Shown: positions 45,353-55,229, numbered from the stretch's first letter. The stretch: 64,000 nucleotides of DNA from Candidatus Limnocylindrales bacterium (GCA_035604955.1 DATNHM010000027.1:2202-66201), one strand, 5' to 3'. Made by a program: numbers and translations. Notes: generated from the sequence alone by a model not told the origin.

Positions 45353-46546
45353 TTATAGTTTTTCCGGCCTGGACATCAAATCCGCGACGTGCTGAAGCAA
45401 CCGACCCGCCGCGCCGCCGTCGATCACACGATGGTCGAAGCTCAACGTCAGGTTTGCCTCCATGAGCGGCACGAACTGGCCTTTCACGGAATCCCAACTG
45501 GGTGCGTGCCGGGCCGCACCCATGCCCAGCACGAGCGTTTGTTCCGGCAGCGGAATCGGCGTCGCCCATTCCAGACCGAACGTGCCGAAATTGGTGACCG
45601 TGGCGATGGAACCGCCCGTGGCATCCGGCGGCAGCTTGCGGTCACGCGCCAGCCTGACCAGTTCATCGTAGGGCGCAATCAGGTCCTTCAGGAGCCGCTT
45701 GTCCGCGTTGCGAATGACGGGAACCAGCACGCCTTCCTCGGCCTCGACGGCAAAGGCGATGTCAATCGAGGAGGGATGCACAATCTTGTTTCCCACCAGG
45801 CGGCCGGCCGGGGCGCTGTTTTCCGCCAGGGCCACCGCCAGCGCCCGCAAGGCACAGAGCGCCGGGCCGGGTTTGGGCCGGGCCACCTTGCGGTAGGCAA
45901 AAAGCGGGTCGAGACAAACCGGCATCCCGACGTGCGCGATGGGTCGCGTCCAACTGCGCCGCATGGCGTCGGCCACGGCCACGCGCATCGTCGAAGCCTG
46001 GCTCATTTTTTGTTTCTCGAGATGGGCGATGAACTTTTCAAAATCTTCAACAGTCACGCGCCCCGCCGCACCGCTGCCGGCGACACCCGCGAGGTCAGCG
46101 GCGCTCAAGCCCAGTTCCGTCATGCGCGCCTTGAGCCGTGGGGAAAGAAAGCTGGCGCCGGCGACGTTCGCCGGCACGGGCAGACCACGCACGGTTGGCT
46201 GCACACGGCTCCTGCTGCCGTTCCCTCCCCCCTTGGCCACGCGGTCGGTTTCGCCCGGTTTGGTGGGTGCGGAAACGTCCAAACCCAGCCGCGCGGCTTC
46301 CTCCTGGGTGGTTTCAATACGGCCCAGCGTGGCGCCCACAGCATAACTTTCATTCAGTTGGGCCGAGAAGTTTTCGATGCGTCCGCCGCAGGGCGACGTC
46401 ACTGTCATGCTGGCTTTGTTGGTTTCCACTTCAATCAAATCCTGGCCGGCCTCGACGGCGTCGCCCGGCTTGACCAGAAAGCCAATGATATTTGCCTCGG
46501 CAATGGATTCACCGAGCTGCGGCATGATGATCGGAATCTGTGGCAT
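45353..46546 (-). CDS. 2-oxoacid dehydrogenase E2 (dihydrolipoamide acyltransferase)
   Basis: Lipoyl domain [11 protein letters not shown], a peripheral subunit-binding domain, and the catalytic [10 protein letters not shown]. Confidence 0.92.
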   Translation of the reverse strand: MPQIPIIMPQLGESIAEANIIGFLVKPGDAVEAGQDLIEVETNKASMTVTSPCGGRIENFSAQLNESYAVGATLGRIETTQEEAARLGLDVSAPTKPGETDRVAKGGGNGSRSRVQPTVRGLPVPANVAGASFLSPRLKARMTELGLSAADLAGVAGSGAAGRVTVEDFEKFIAHLEKQKMSQASTMRVAVADAMRRSWTRPIAHVGMPVCLDPLFAYRKVARPKPGPALCALRALAVALAENSAPAGRLVGNKIVHPSSIDIAFAVEAEEGVLVPVIRNADKRLLKDLIAPYDELVRLARDRKLPPDATGGSIATVTNFGTFGLEWATPIPLPEQTLVLGMGAARHAPSWDSVKGQFVPLMEANLTLSFDHRVIDGGAAGRLLQHVADLMSRPEKL

Positions 46547-46553
46547 AATTTTT

Positions 46554-47519
46554 TCAAAGCCTCAGGAGTTTTCGGGCGGCGGCGGCAATGGCCCGGGCCG
46601 TCGGGCGATGGGCCGCCCACAAATTCGGGTGATACGGCACGGGGGTGTCCTTGGCATTGAGCCGTTGCGGCGGCGCGTCGAGCAAACCATAGCCTTCACT
46701 CGTCACGCGCGCGATGATTTCCGCCGTCACTCCGCCCCAGGACCAGGCTTCACCGACGCAGAGCAATCGCCCCGTGCGCGCCACGCTGGCCATCACCGTG
46801 TCGGTGTCAATCGGTTTCACGGAACGCAAGTCCACCACTTCCACTTCCCAGCCTTCGGGCGCGAGTTCCTTCGCTGCCTCCAGCGCTTCGTGCACCATGG
46901 CGCTGTAAGTGACGATGGTCATGTCGCGGCCTTCGCGCGCGATGCGGGCCTTGCCGACGGGCAGGGCTTCGCTCGGCAATTTTTCGGCCTTGAGATGATA
47001 ATAAAGAAATTTGTGCTCACAGAAAATCACCGGGTCGTCAATCGCCACCGCTTCCAGCAACATGCTGTAGGCGTCTTCGACCGTGGCGGGCGTCAGCACG
47101 ATCAGTCCCGGGTAATGCGCATAAACCGTTTCCATGCACTGGCTGTGAAACGGTCCGCTGCCCGACGTGCCGCCAAACGGCAGGCGCACGGTGATGGGAC
47201 ACGGTACGCTCGTCCGCCAGAAAAGGGTCGCCGCCTGGTTGACAATCTGGTTGAAACCGACGGTGGAGAAATCCGCGAATTGCATTTCCACAATCGGCCG
47301 CATGCCTTCAATCGCCGCGCCGACGGCCAGACCCATCATGGCATCCTCGCTGATAGGTGAGTCCAGGACCCGACCGGGAAATTCTTTGGCCAGATTTTTC
47401 GTGGCCTTGTGTGCGCCACCGAACGCGCCGACATCCTGTCCATAGATGAACACCCGCGGATCGTCACGCAGGGCATGGGCCTGCGCTTCACGGATGGCTT
47501 CAAGGTAAGTGACACTCAT
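46554..47519 (-). CDS. 2-oxoacid dehydrogenase E1 beta subunit
   Basis: 321 aa with transketolase-like pyrimidine-binding and C-terminal domains (FGGAHKATKNL, DSPISE). Confidence 0.92.
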   Translation of the reverse strand: MSVTYLEAIREAQAHALRDDPRVFIYGQDVGAFGGAHKATKNLAKEFPGRVLDSPISEDAMMGLAVGAAIEGMRPIVEMQFADFSTVGFNQIVNQAATLFWRTSVPCPITVRLPFGGTSGSGPFHSQCMETVYAHYPGLIVLTPATVEDAYSMLLEAVAIDDPVIFCEHKFLYYHLKAEKLPSEALPVGKARIAREGRDMTIVTYSAMVHEALEAAKELAPEGWEVEVVDLRSVKPIDTDTVMASVARTGRLLCVGEAWSWGGVTAEIIARVTSEGYGLLDAPPQRLNAKDTPVPYHPNLWAAHRPTARAIAAAARKLLRL

Positions 47520-47525
47520 GCCGGA

Positions 47526-48566
47526 TTATTTCTCGTTTTCGTCGTGGGTCTCGCTCAATTGTTTTGACGAAATCGCGCGCCATTCCTCGACGAAAGGGTC
47601 AGGCGCGGGCTCACGCTGAACCTGGGCAATGACCTGCTCGATTTCATGAATGGCCTCGCTGCGCCAGGCCGCCAGCGCCGCGCTGTCCGCCCATTTCTGC
47701 CGGATCAGATATTCCTCGGCCACCTTCAAACAGTCGCGTCCCACCGGCGACGTTTTCAACTTCGAATCAACATATCCGGCATCGTCGTGCTCGCCATGGC
47801 CGCACAGCCGGAGCAACGTGGCCACGACCATCTGCGGTCCGCGACCCGCCCGTGCCTGAGCAATCGCCTGGCCAACGGTTTTCAAACACGCGTCCAAATC
47901 CGTGCCATCCACGGAATCCGCCTCGACGCCGTAGCCGGCCGCCTTGTCCGTGAGGTCGTGGCAGGCGAACTGGCGCGAAGTCGGCGTGGAATAGGCGTAT
48001 TGATTATTGGCCACAATCAATACGAGCGGCAATTTTTCCACCGCCGCCTGATTGAGTGCTTCATGAAACGCCCCGGTGGAAGTTGCGCCGTCGCCGACAC
48101 TGGCGACACCGACGGTGCCGGGAATTTTTTTAAAGCGGTGCGCCAGCAGGATGCCGTTCACGACGGAAATCATCGCGCCGAGATGGCTGATCATCGGCAG
48201 ATAACCTTCCTTCGGTTTGCCGCGGTGGACGTTGCCATCACGTCCCCGCATCGGCCCCAGCGCCGAGCCGAGGTAGGTGCGCGCCGCGTCCAGGACCGTT
48301 TCGCCAAAGGCCAGCCGTCCCGCGGCGTCACGAATCAATGGCGCAAACACATCGCTTTTTTTCAGGGAGACACCGGTCGCCGCGCTCAAGGCTTCCTGGC
48401 CGCGTCCCAGGAAGACGCCGCCATGGATTCTACCGGAACGCCAAAGCGCGGCGAATTTGTCATCCAACAACCGCGCCAGCAACATGAAGCGGTAGGCGGC
48501 CAGGTACGATTCACGAAATAAAACCGTGTTTTCCGCCCTGCCAGGCTCAAGCACCGTTTGCAGCAT
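47526..48566 (-). CDS. 2-oxoacid dehydrogenase E1 alpha subunit (TPP-dependent)
   Basis: TPP motif GDGATSTGAFHEALNQAAVEKLPLVLIVANNQYA. Confidence 0.92.
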   Translation of the reverse strand: MLQTVLEPGRAENTVLFRESYLAAYRFMLLARLLDDKFAALWRSGRIHGGVFLGRGQEALSAATGVSLKKSDVFAPLIRDAAGRLAFGETVLDAARTYLGSALGPMRGRDGNVHRGKPKEGYLPMISHLGAMISVVNGILLAHRFKKIPGTVGVASVGDGATSTGAFHEALNQAAVEKLPLVLIVANNQYAYSTPTSRQFACHDLTDKAAGYGVEADSVDGTDLDACLKTVGQAIAQARAGRGPQMVVATLLRLCGHGEHDDAGYVDSKLKTSPVGRDCLKVAEEYLIRQKWADSAALAAWRSEAIHEIEQVIAQVQREPAPDPFVEEWRAISSKQLSETHDENEK

Positions 48567-48736
48567 GGGCGGATTTTACCGTCGAAACCCTGCGCCAGCA
48601 ATGTTTCTTTCGGCATTGGAAATGCGGTAAACCCAAAAAAACGGGTTGGCCAAAATGGCAAAACTGATATTGAATGGGTGGCCTGAGGCAAAGCGTCCTT
48701 AAAATAGACATCACACGTTAAATTAAAGTCGTCGTC

Positions 48737-51181
48737 ATGAGACAAGCCGCAGCTCAAATTTTCCTGGTGGGCAACAATCCGGAATTGCTGGCGACGCTGT
48801 CCGAGCTGCTGCGGGCGGACGATATCGCCATCCGGCTGGCGCCATCCGGTGGCGGGATTTTTGAAATGCTTCGCGACCAGCCCCCCGAACTGATTCTGCT
48901 GGATGGCGCGGATGTGGAATTACTGCAGGAACTCAAGGAAGTCCCGGCCACCCAGACCGTCCCCGTCATTGTGTTCCTGGCCGCGAATGCTCCGGCGGAG
49001 AAGGTTCGTGCGTTTGAACTGGGTGCGCACGACTGTGTGAGCCGGCCGTTTGAGGTCGCGGAACTCCGTGCCCGCCTCCACGCGGCGTTGAAAATCAAGC
49101 GGCAGTTTGGCGACTTGCTCCTGCGTCAGCGCGAGTTGATGTCAGCCCGGATTACCGCCGAATCCGCCGCGCGCGCGAAGGCAGATTTTCTGGCGGCCAT
49201 GAGCCATGAAATCCGCACGCCGATGAACGGCGTCGTGGCGATGGTCGGTCTGCTGCTCGAAACGCAGTTGACCGCCGAGCAGCGGGGCTACCTGGAAACG
49301 ATTCATGCGAGCAGCGAGGCCTTGCTCACCATCATCAATGACATCCTCGATTTTTCCAAAATTGAAGCCGGCAAACTGGAACTGGATTCGCGGCCGTTCG
49401 ACCTGCGCGCGTGCGTGGAAGAAACGCTGGACCTGATGGCCACGAAGGCATTCGAAAAGAATCTTGACCTGGTTTATCAGATGGACGGCGGGATTGTTTC
49501 GCTGGTGGAAGGCGACGCCTTGCGCCTGCGCCAGGTCCTGGTGAATCTTTTGAGCAACGGTATCAAGTTCACCAAGACCGGCGAGATTCTGGTGCAAATC
49601 AAATTACTTTCGGCCAAGGTGGAGGAACAACAAAATCGCTCCCTGTTGCACCTTCATTTTTCCGTGCGGGACACGGGGATTGGCATTCCGCCGGACCGCC
49701 TGGCGCGTTTGTTCAAACCCTTCATGCAGGCCGACGCCTCCACCGCGCATCGTTACGGCGGCACGGGACTGGGCCTGGCCATCAGCAAACAACTGGTCGA
49801 ACTGATGGGCGGCAAAATGTGGGCCGAGAGCGTGGCGGGTGAAGGCTCGACATTCCACTTCACCATCAACGTGCTGGCCCAACCGCAAACCGCCCTGTAC
49901 GCGCTGGCGGGCCGGCAGGATCAATTGGCGGGCCGGCCGGTGTTGATTGTGGACGACAACGCCACCAGCCGCCGCGCGCTGGCCGAACTGGTAACCCGGT
50001 GGGGGATGATTCCCCGCGACGTGGGGGACGCGCAGCAGGCAATGAATTTCCTCCGCGACGGCAATCAGGTTGATCTGGCGATTCTCGACGCGCAATTGCC
50101 GTACATGGATGGTTTCACTCTGGCCGGCGAAATTCATCGGTTGCCGCAGACGACCACACTGCCGCTGGTGTTGCTTACGCCGCTCGGGTGGCGCCGGGAA
50201 ACGCCCGCTGCCGCCTCCGACCCGTTCCTTGCTTTCGCCGTCAAGCCGGTCAAACCCGCGCAATTTTTTGAAACGTTGAACCGCGCCCTGTCCGATACCG
50301 ACCCCGCGCTGGAGCCGGCACCGCTGCCGGTTCAGACCCATCAAACGACTTTTGCCCGCCGTCAGCCATTGCGCATATTATTGTGCGACGACAACGCCAT
50401 CAATCAGAAGGTTGCCGTGCGCATCTTGCAGCAGTTGGGCTACGAGCCGGATTTGGCCGTCCATGGCCGGGAAGCCCTCGAGGCGCTTGACCGGAAGCCG
50501 TATGATTTGATTTTTATGGACGTGATGATGCCGGAAATGGACGGTTTGGAAGCGACGCGCGCGATTCGCGAGTTCCAAAAAGCCGGCGGGAAGGCCAATT
50601 ACAACTCCCGGATTATCATCGTTGCCATGACGGCGCAGGCGATGCAGGGCGACCGTGAGAAGTGCATCGCCGCGGGCATGGACGATTACCTTGCCAAACC
50701 CATTCGCCCGAAGGATGTCCGCACCGTCATCGAGCGCTGGAGTTCGGAGCTGGGTTCATCGGCCTTGGCCCAACCCGGGCTCCCGCCCGTCGCCGCCGCG
50801 CCGGACCCGGAAGCATCGCCGGTGGAAATGGATCGGCTGATGGATTTGGGGGGCGGGAACGCGGAAAGCCTTTGCGAGTTGGTGGAGCTTTACTTCAAAC
50901 AGACCCTCGGGCAACTTGCGCAATTGGAAACGGCGATTCAGGCGGACAAAGCCGAGGAAGTGCGCCAGGTGGCGCACAGTTGCGCCGGTGCCAGCGCCAC
51001 CCTGGGCATGACGCGACTGGTGCCGTTGTTGCGCGAATTGGAGCGGCAGGGCAAGACCGGCCGGTTGAGCAACGCGCAACAACTCTGCGCTGAGGCCCAG
51101 CGCGAATTCAGACGCACCCAGGATTTTCTGACGAAGCATCCGGCCCTGACCGGGCGGATTGCGACCACGGTGCATTCATGA
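48737..51181 (+). CDS. hybrid histidine kinase: degenerate REC - HisKA - HATPase - REC - REC - Hpt
   Basis: H-box is FLAAMSHEIRTPMNG and G-boxes are DTGIGI and GTGLGLAI. There are two receivers (ILDAQLPYMDG; FMDVMMPEMDG) and a C-terminal Hpt (QVAHSCAGASATLGM). Confidence 0.92.
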   Translation: MRQAAAQIFLVGNNPELLATLSELLRADDIAIRLAPSGGGIFEMLRDQPPELILLDGADVELLQELKEVPATQTVPVIVFLAANAPAEKVRAFELGAHDCVSRPFEVAELRARLHAALKIKRQFGDLLLRQRELMSARITAESAARAKADFLAAMSHEIRTPMNGVVAMVGLLLETQLTAEQRGYLETIHASSEALLTIINDILDFSKIEAGKLELDSRPFDLRACVEETLDLMATKAFEKNLDLVYQMDGGIVSLVEGDALRLRQVLVNLLSNGIKFTKTGEILVQIKLLSAKVEEQQNRSLLHLHFSVRDTGIGIPPDRLARLFKPFMQADASTAHRYGGTGLGLAISKQLVELMGGKMWAESVAGEGSTFHFTINVLAQPQTALYALAGRQDQLAGRPVLIVDDNATSRRALAELVTRWGMIPRDVGDAQQAMNFLRDGNQVDLAILDAQLPYMDGFTLAGEIHRLPQTTTLPLVLLTPLGWRRETPAAASDPFLAFAVKPVKPAQFFETLNRALSDTDPALEPAPLPVQTHQTTFARRQPLRILLCDDNAINQKVAVRILQQLGYEPDLAVHGREALEALDRKPYDLIFMDVMMPEMDGLEATRAIREFQKAGGKANYNSRIIIVAMTAQAMQGDREKCIAAGMDDYLAKPIRPKDVRTVIERWSSELGSSALAQPGLPPVAAAPDPEASPVEMDRLMDLGGGNAESLCELVELYFKQTLGQLAQLETAIQADKAEEVRQVAHSCAGASATLGMTRLVPLLRELERQGKTGRLSNAQQLCAEAQREFRRTQDFLTKHPALTGRIATTVHS

Positions 51182-52362
51182 AAAAAATTCTCATAATCGA
51201 AGATGATCAAATCATAGCGAACATCTACCGGAATAAATTCGCGACCGAAGGCTATCAGGCGGAGACGGCCTACGATGGCGAAAGCGGCTTGAAAAGCGTG
51301 AGGGCGTTTCAGCCCGACGTCATCCTGCTTGATCTCATGCTGCCCAGGATGTCGGGCGTGGATTTCATCATCCACATCCGCAGCGAGGCGGATTTTGTCA
51401 AGGTGCCCATTATCGTTTTTTCCAACACTTACCTGACCAATATGATTCAGGAAGCCTGGAAAGCCGGCGCGAACAAATGCCTCTCCAAGACCAATTGCAC
51501 GCCCAGAGACGTTCTGGAAGTTGTCCGCCAGACCATCGGCGCCAGCGGCTCCGTTCCGCGTGATCCCGCGGAGCGGACCACTTCGACCCCTTCCGCCCGG
51601 CCGAATTTCACCGATACCGAGGGGGACACAAAATTTCTAAACGAATTGCGGACGGCGTTTATTGAAGGCGAACCGGCCACGCTGGCGGCGTTGCGCAGCG
51701 GTTTGCAAAACCTCATCAAGGCGGACAACGAAGCCGTCCAGCTCAAGGACATCCACGAGCTTTACCGCCGCACCCATGCGCTCGCCGGCAACGCCGGCCT
51801 CGCCGGATTCGTTTATGTCTCGCAAATGTCCGCCGCCGTGGAGGCGTTGCTCAAGGAGCTTCACGAAAAACCGAAGAGCATCAATACCTCCACCCTGCGT
51901 ACCGTTGCGGCGGCCGTGGATTTTCTCGGTTTTCTCTTTGAACGCGGCAAGCAGCCGGATAATCCTGACCCGCCCGCCGTCAACATCCTCGTGGTGGACG
52001 ACGAGCCGATTTCGCAGCGTGCCGTGATTTATGCCCTGGAAAAGGCGCAGTTGCCTTCCACCAGCACCGCCGACCCCAACGCCGCCCTGAAATTGCTGAC
52101 GGAAAAAAAGTTCGACCTGGTGTTCCTGGACGTGGACATGCCGGGCATGACCGGTTTCGAACTCTGCACCAAGCTGCGCGCCATGCCGCAGTACAAGAAA
52201 ACTCCCGTTGTCTTTGTCACTGCGCTCAGCGATTTCGACAGCCGCACCAGTTCCATGATGGCCGGCGGCAACGATTTCATTGCCAAGCCGTTCCTGTTCA
52301 TCGAACTTACCGTCAAGGCCCTCATCCACGTCCTGCGGGCCAGGTTGCAACCGGCAAAATAA
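51178..52362 (+). CDS. response regulator REC - Hpt-like - REC
   Basis: ATGA overlap with the kinase stop. The N-terminal REC is ILIIEDD...ILLDLMLPRMSG. The central region is an Hpt-like helix bundle (THALAGNAGLAG). The C-terminal REC is ILVVDDE...VFLDVDMPGMTG...IAKPF. Confidence 0.88.
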   Translation: MKKILIIEDDQIIANIYRNKFATEGYQAETAYDGESGLKSVRAFQPDVILLDLMLPRMSGVDFIIHIRSEADFVKVPIIVFSNTYLTNMIQEAWKAGANKCLSKTNCTPRDVLEVVRQTIGASGSVPRDPAERTTSTPSARPNFTDTEGDTKFLNELRTAFIEGEPATLAALRSGLQNLIKADNEAVQLKDIHELYRRTHALAGNAGLAGFVYVSQMSAAVEALLKELHEKPKSINTSTLRTVAAAVDFLGFLFERGKQPDNPDPPAVNILVVDDEPISQRAVIYALEKAQLPSTSTADPNAALKLLTEKKFDLVFLDVDMPGMTGFELCTKLRAMPQYKKTPVVFVTALSDFDSRTSSMMAGGNDFIAKPFLFIELTVKALIHVLRARLQPAK

Positions 52363-52398
52363 AATGCGGCCGATTTACTGTTAGACAAGTATCAACTT

Positions 52399-52854
52399 AT
52401 GGTACTCATCCAATATATGATGATGATTGGGCTGGGTGCGTTAGGAATATGGATGCTTTACACCGAGCGTAAGACGATTTGCCAGGCATTTGCTGCTTAT
52501 CGATGGATGACGACGGAAGGGATAGTTGTGGATATGTTCGATGACTCTTTTACAACGTCAGGGATTGACAGAACCAGTGCGGGCATTGTTCCGGTCACGT
52601 ACATGGAGACAAAACATGTCTATGAGTATATGGTGGGTGGTCAAGTTTACCGGTCCAGCAATTTCTGCTTCGGTGGTCATGTTGAGCAGGCTGAGGCGTC
52701 ATTCGCCGTCGGCGCGAAAGTGAAGGTTTTTTATAACCCAAGAGACCCACAGACTGCCGTATTGAAGCGCGGCGTTCCAGGCGTGGCGTTTATTGGCGTG
52801 CTTCTTGTTGGCGGAGGAGCATTCATGGGCTGGAAAATCTTTTCTGGCGGATGA
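52399..52854 (+). CDS. DUF3592-like membrane protein
   Basis: N- and C-terminal TM helices flank a beta-rich domain (WMTTEGIVV...YEYMVGGQVYRS...VKVFYNPRDP). GC is lower than in the neighbours. Confidence 0.65.
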   Translation: MVLIQYMMMIGLGALGIWMLYTERKTICQAFAAYRWMTTEGIVVDMFDDSFTTSGIDRTSAGIVPVTYMETKHVYEYMVGGQVYRSSNFCFGGHVEQAEASFAVGAKVKVFYNPRDPQTAVLKRGVPGVAFIGVLLVGGGAFMGWKIFSGG

Positions 52855-52884
52855 GTCTGACATGCGTCTGCTTCTCGATCTTTT

Positions 52885-53742
52885 CTAACCCGTCATTGAC
52901 CCGCTGAACATTTCCCTCGCGATCACGCCGTCGGCCACCTTGGCCACGGCGCCGGTCATGCGAATGGCATAATCGTTGCCAATCTCGATTTCAATGATGC
53001 CACCGGGCATGTGCACCGAAACCTCGCGGTCGCACAGGCCGAGCCGGTGCGCCACCGCCGCCGCCGCGCTACTGCTGCTGCCGCTCGCCAGGGTGTAGCC
53101 CGCGCCGCGTTCCCAGATTTCAATCTGGATGTTGTTCCGGTCAATCACCTTCATGAACTGCACGTTGGTGCGTTTGGGAAATCGCAGGTGCGTTTCCAGC
53201 AACGGCCCCATCTGCCTGGCAATTTCCGGGCTGATTTTTGACATCGGCAGCACGCAATGCGGATTGCCCACGGTGGCCGCGCAGAAATTGAATCGTTCGC
53301 CGCGCAGATGAATCGGTTCGTTGATGACCTCGCGGCGCGGACCGGCCACGGGAATCTCGTCGCTCCAAAAACTGACCTTGCCCATCTCCACGCGCACAAT
53401 TTTGCCGCGTTCCGTGACCGTGGCCTTCACCAGGCCTCCGGCGGTTTCGACGGCGAACTCGTCCTTGCCGACCAGTTTCTTGTCCCACAGGTAACGCGAA
53501 AAAATCCGGAGGCCGTTGCCGCTCTTTTCCGCCTCGCTGCCGTCGGGATTGAAAATGCGGACCGCGAACTTCGCGTTTTTGGAGGGCAGGGGACCGAGCA
53601 GAATGCCGTCCGATCCGATGCCGTAATTGCGATGGCAAATCGTCTTGATCTGCGCGGCTGTCAGCGGCGCCGGCAGGTTCTTCGGGTCAATGACGATGTA
53701 GTCGTTGCCAAGCCCGTGATATTTGGTAAAGGCCCACAGCAT
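52885..53742 (-). CDS. diaminopimelate epimerase homolog with both catalytic Cys replaced by Ser
   Basis: The DapF motifs HGLGNDY, GNPH and ERGAG are present. The two catalytic positions read EKSGNG (AGC at 53521-53523) and LASGSS (AGC) instead of CGNG and ACGSG. Confidence 0.85.
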   Translation of the reverse strand: MLWAFTKYHGLGNDYIVIDPKNLPAPLTAAQIKTICHRNYGIGSDGILLGPLPSKNAKFAVRIFNPDGSEAEKSGNGLRIFSRYLWDKKLVGKDEFAVETAGGLVKATVTERGKIVRVEMGKVSFWSDEIPVAGPRREVINEPIHLRGERFNFCAATVGNPHCVLPMSKISPEIARQMGPLLETHLRFPKRTNVQFMKVIDRNNIQIEIWERGAGYTLASGSSSSAAAAVAHRLGLCDREVSVHMPGGIIEIEIGNDYAIRMTGAVAKVADGVIAREMFSGSMTG

Positions 53743-53812
53743 GAATCCAGCATAGCGCGCCGGGCGCGAAGCGCAAAATAGAATAGTGGCGCAGGCTTCT
53801 GGCCTGTGTGCT

Positions 53813-54805
53813 TTAACTTTTCAGTATGGCCTCAATTTTCCGAAGTTCTTCGGCGCCCAAAGTCAGATGGTTCAATGTGCCGACGGCGTCTTCGATTTGC
53901 GCGACGCGGCTGGCGCCGACCAGCGCGGAGGTCATTCCCGGATGGCGCAGCGCCCAGGCCAGCGCCATTTGAGCCAGCGTCTGGCCACGCGCCCTGGCCA
54001 GTTCGTCCAGCTGTTTTACCCTGGCAATTTTCGCGGGGGTAACGTGTTCCGGCCGCAGAAAACCATGCGGTTTGGAAGCGCGGGAGCCTTTGGGAATGCC
54101 GTCAAGGTACTTGTCCGTCAACAAGCCTTGCGCCAGCGGCGAGAACACGATGCAACCGATGCCTTCCTGCGCGAGTGTTTCCAGCAGCCCGTCTTCGATC
54201 CCGCGGTTGAACATGTTGTAGGACGGCTGATGAATGAGACACGGCGTGCCCAGCGTGCGAAGCATTTGCGCGGCCTGGCGGGTCGGCGCTGGCGGATAGT
54301 TGGAAATGCCCGCGTACAATGCCCGCCCGCTGCGCACAATGAAATCCAGCGCGCCCATCGTTTCCTCCAGGGGCGTGTCGGGGTCGGGCCGGTGGGAATA
54401 AAAGATGTCCACGTAATCCAGTTTCATCCGCTTTAAACTTTGGTCGAGGCTGGCCACCAGATACTTGCGCGAACCCCATTCGCCGTAAGGCCCCGGCCAC
54501 ATCAAATAACCCGCCTTGGTGGAGAGGATCAGTTCGTCGCGGTAAGGCTTCAAATCACTGCGGTAAATGCGTCCGAAATGCTCCTCCGCCGAACCCGGCG
54601 GCGGTCCGTAATTGTTCGCCAGATCGAAATGCGTGATGCCCAAATCGAACGCGCGGCGCACCATTTTCCGGCCGTTGTCAAAGCTGTCCACGCCGCCAAA
54701 GTTATGCCAGAGACCGAGCGAAATGGCGGGAAGCTTGAGACCGCTGCGGCCGCAGCGGTTGTAGCGCATGCCTTGATAACGTGAATCCGATGGCGAATAT
54801 TTCAT
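53813..54805 (-). CDS. aldo/keto reductase (YghZ/Tas-like)
   Basis: Trimmed to the ATG at 54803-54805 (MKYSPSDSRYQGMRYNRCGRSGLKLPAISLGLWHNFG). The AKR catalytic D/Y/K/H pattern is present. Confidence 0.9.
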   Translation of the reverse strand: MKYSPSDSRYQGMRYNRCGRSGLKLPAISLGLWHNFGGVDSFDNGRKMVRRAFDLGITHFDLANNYGPPPGSAEEHFGRIYRSDLKPYRDELILSTKAGYLMWPGPYGEWGSRKYLVASLDQSLKRMKLDYVDIFYSHRPDPDTPLEETMGALDFIVRSGRALYAGISNYPPAPTRQAAQMLRTLGTPCLIHQPSYNMFNRGIEDGLLETLAQEGIGCIVFSPLAQGLLTDKYLDGIPKGSRASKPHGFLRPEHVTPAKIARVKQLDELARARGQTLAQMALAWALRHPGMTSALVGASRVAQIEDAVGTLNHLTLGAEELRKIEAILKS

Positions 54806-54851
54806 GGCGTTTTGTCTGATGAGAACACGGGTGTGCGCGTGAAGCTCCATT

Positions 54852-55229
54852 CTAAACCCTGGTGTCTTTATCCTTCCCCTGATCACGCCGGCTTTCCTCC
54901 AGATGAAACTTGTGGAGGAACCGGTGGAAGACCGGCGCAAAAATAATTCCGAGACTCGTGATGAACGCCAGCCCGCTGAAGAGGGCGTAGCAACCGGCGA
55001 AAATCTTGCCGCCATCGGCTTGCAGTGACGACACCGGCCCCATACCGGACAAAATCATCGCCGCGTTGACAAAGGCATCCACCCATGACATGGGCTCAAA
55101 ATAGCGGTAACCGGCCATCCCGATGCCCAGCGCAAACACGACGAGCAAGGCGGCAATGGCCGTGCTGCGCGCCAGGCGCCTGTAAAATTCCCGGCGCGGC
55201 AACAGCGGTTTTGAACGATGCTCGAACAT
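54852..55229 (-). CDS. two-TM ion-channel-like membrane protein with a degenerate selectivity-filter region
   Basis: Trimmed to the ATG at 55227-55229. TM1, then pore-helix-like SWVDAFVNAAMILSGMGP, then TM2. No TVGYG filter is present. Confidence 0.5.
   Translation of the reverse strand: MFEHRSKPLLPRREFYRRLARSTAIAALLVVFALGIGMAGYRYFEPMSWVDAFVNAAMILSGMGPVSSLQADGGKIFAGCYALFSGLAFITSLGIIFAPVFHRFLHKFHLEESRRDQGKDKDTRV

Noticed and set aside
53786-53811. Hairpin caggc-ttctg-gcctg after the aldo/keto reductase stop, as a terminator
   Set aside because: Only 5 Watson-Crick pairs form on the transcribed (minus) strand. The extensions are G-U on the plus strand and therefore C-A mismatches on the minus strand. 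This is too weak to call.
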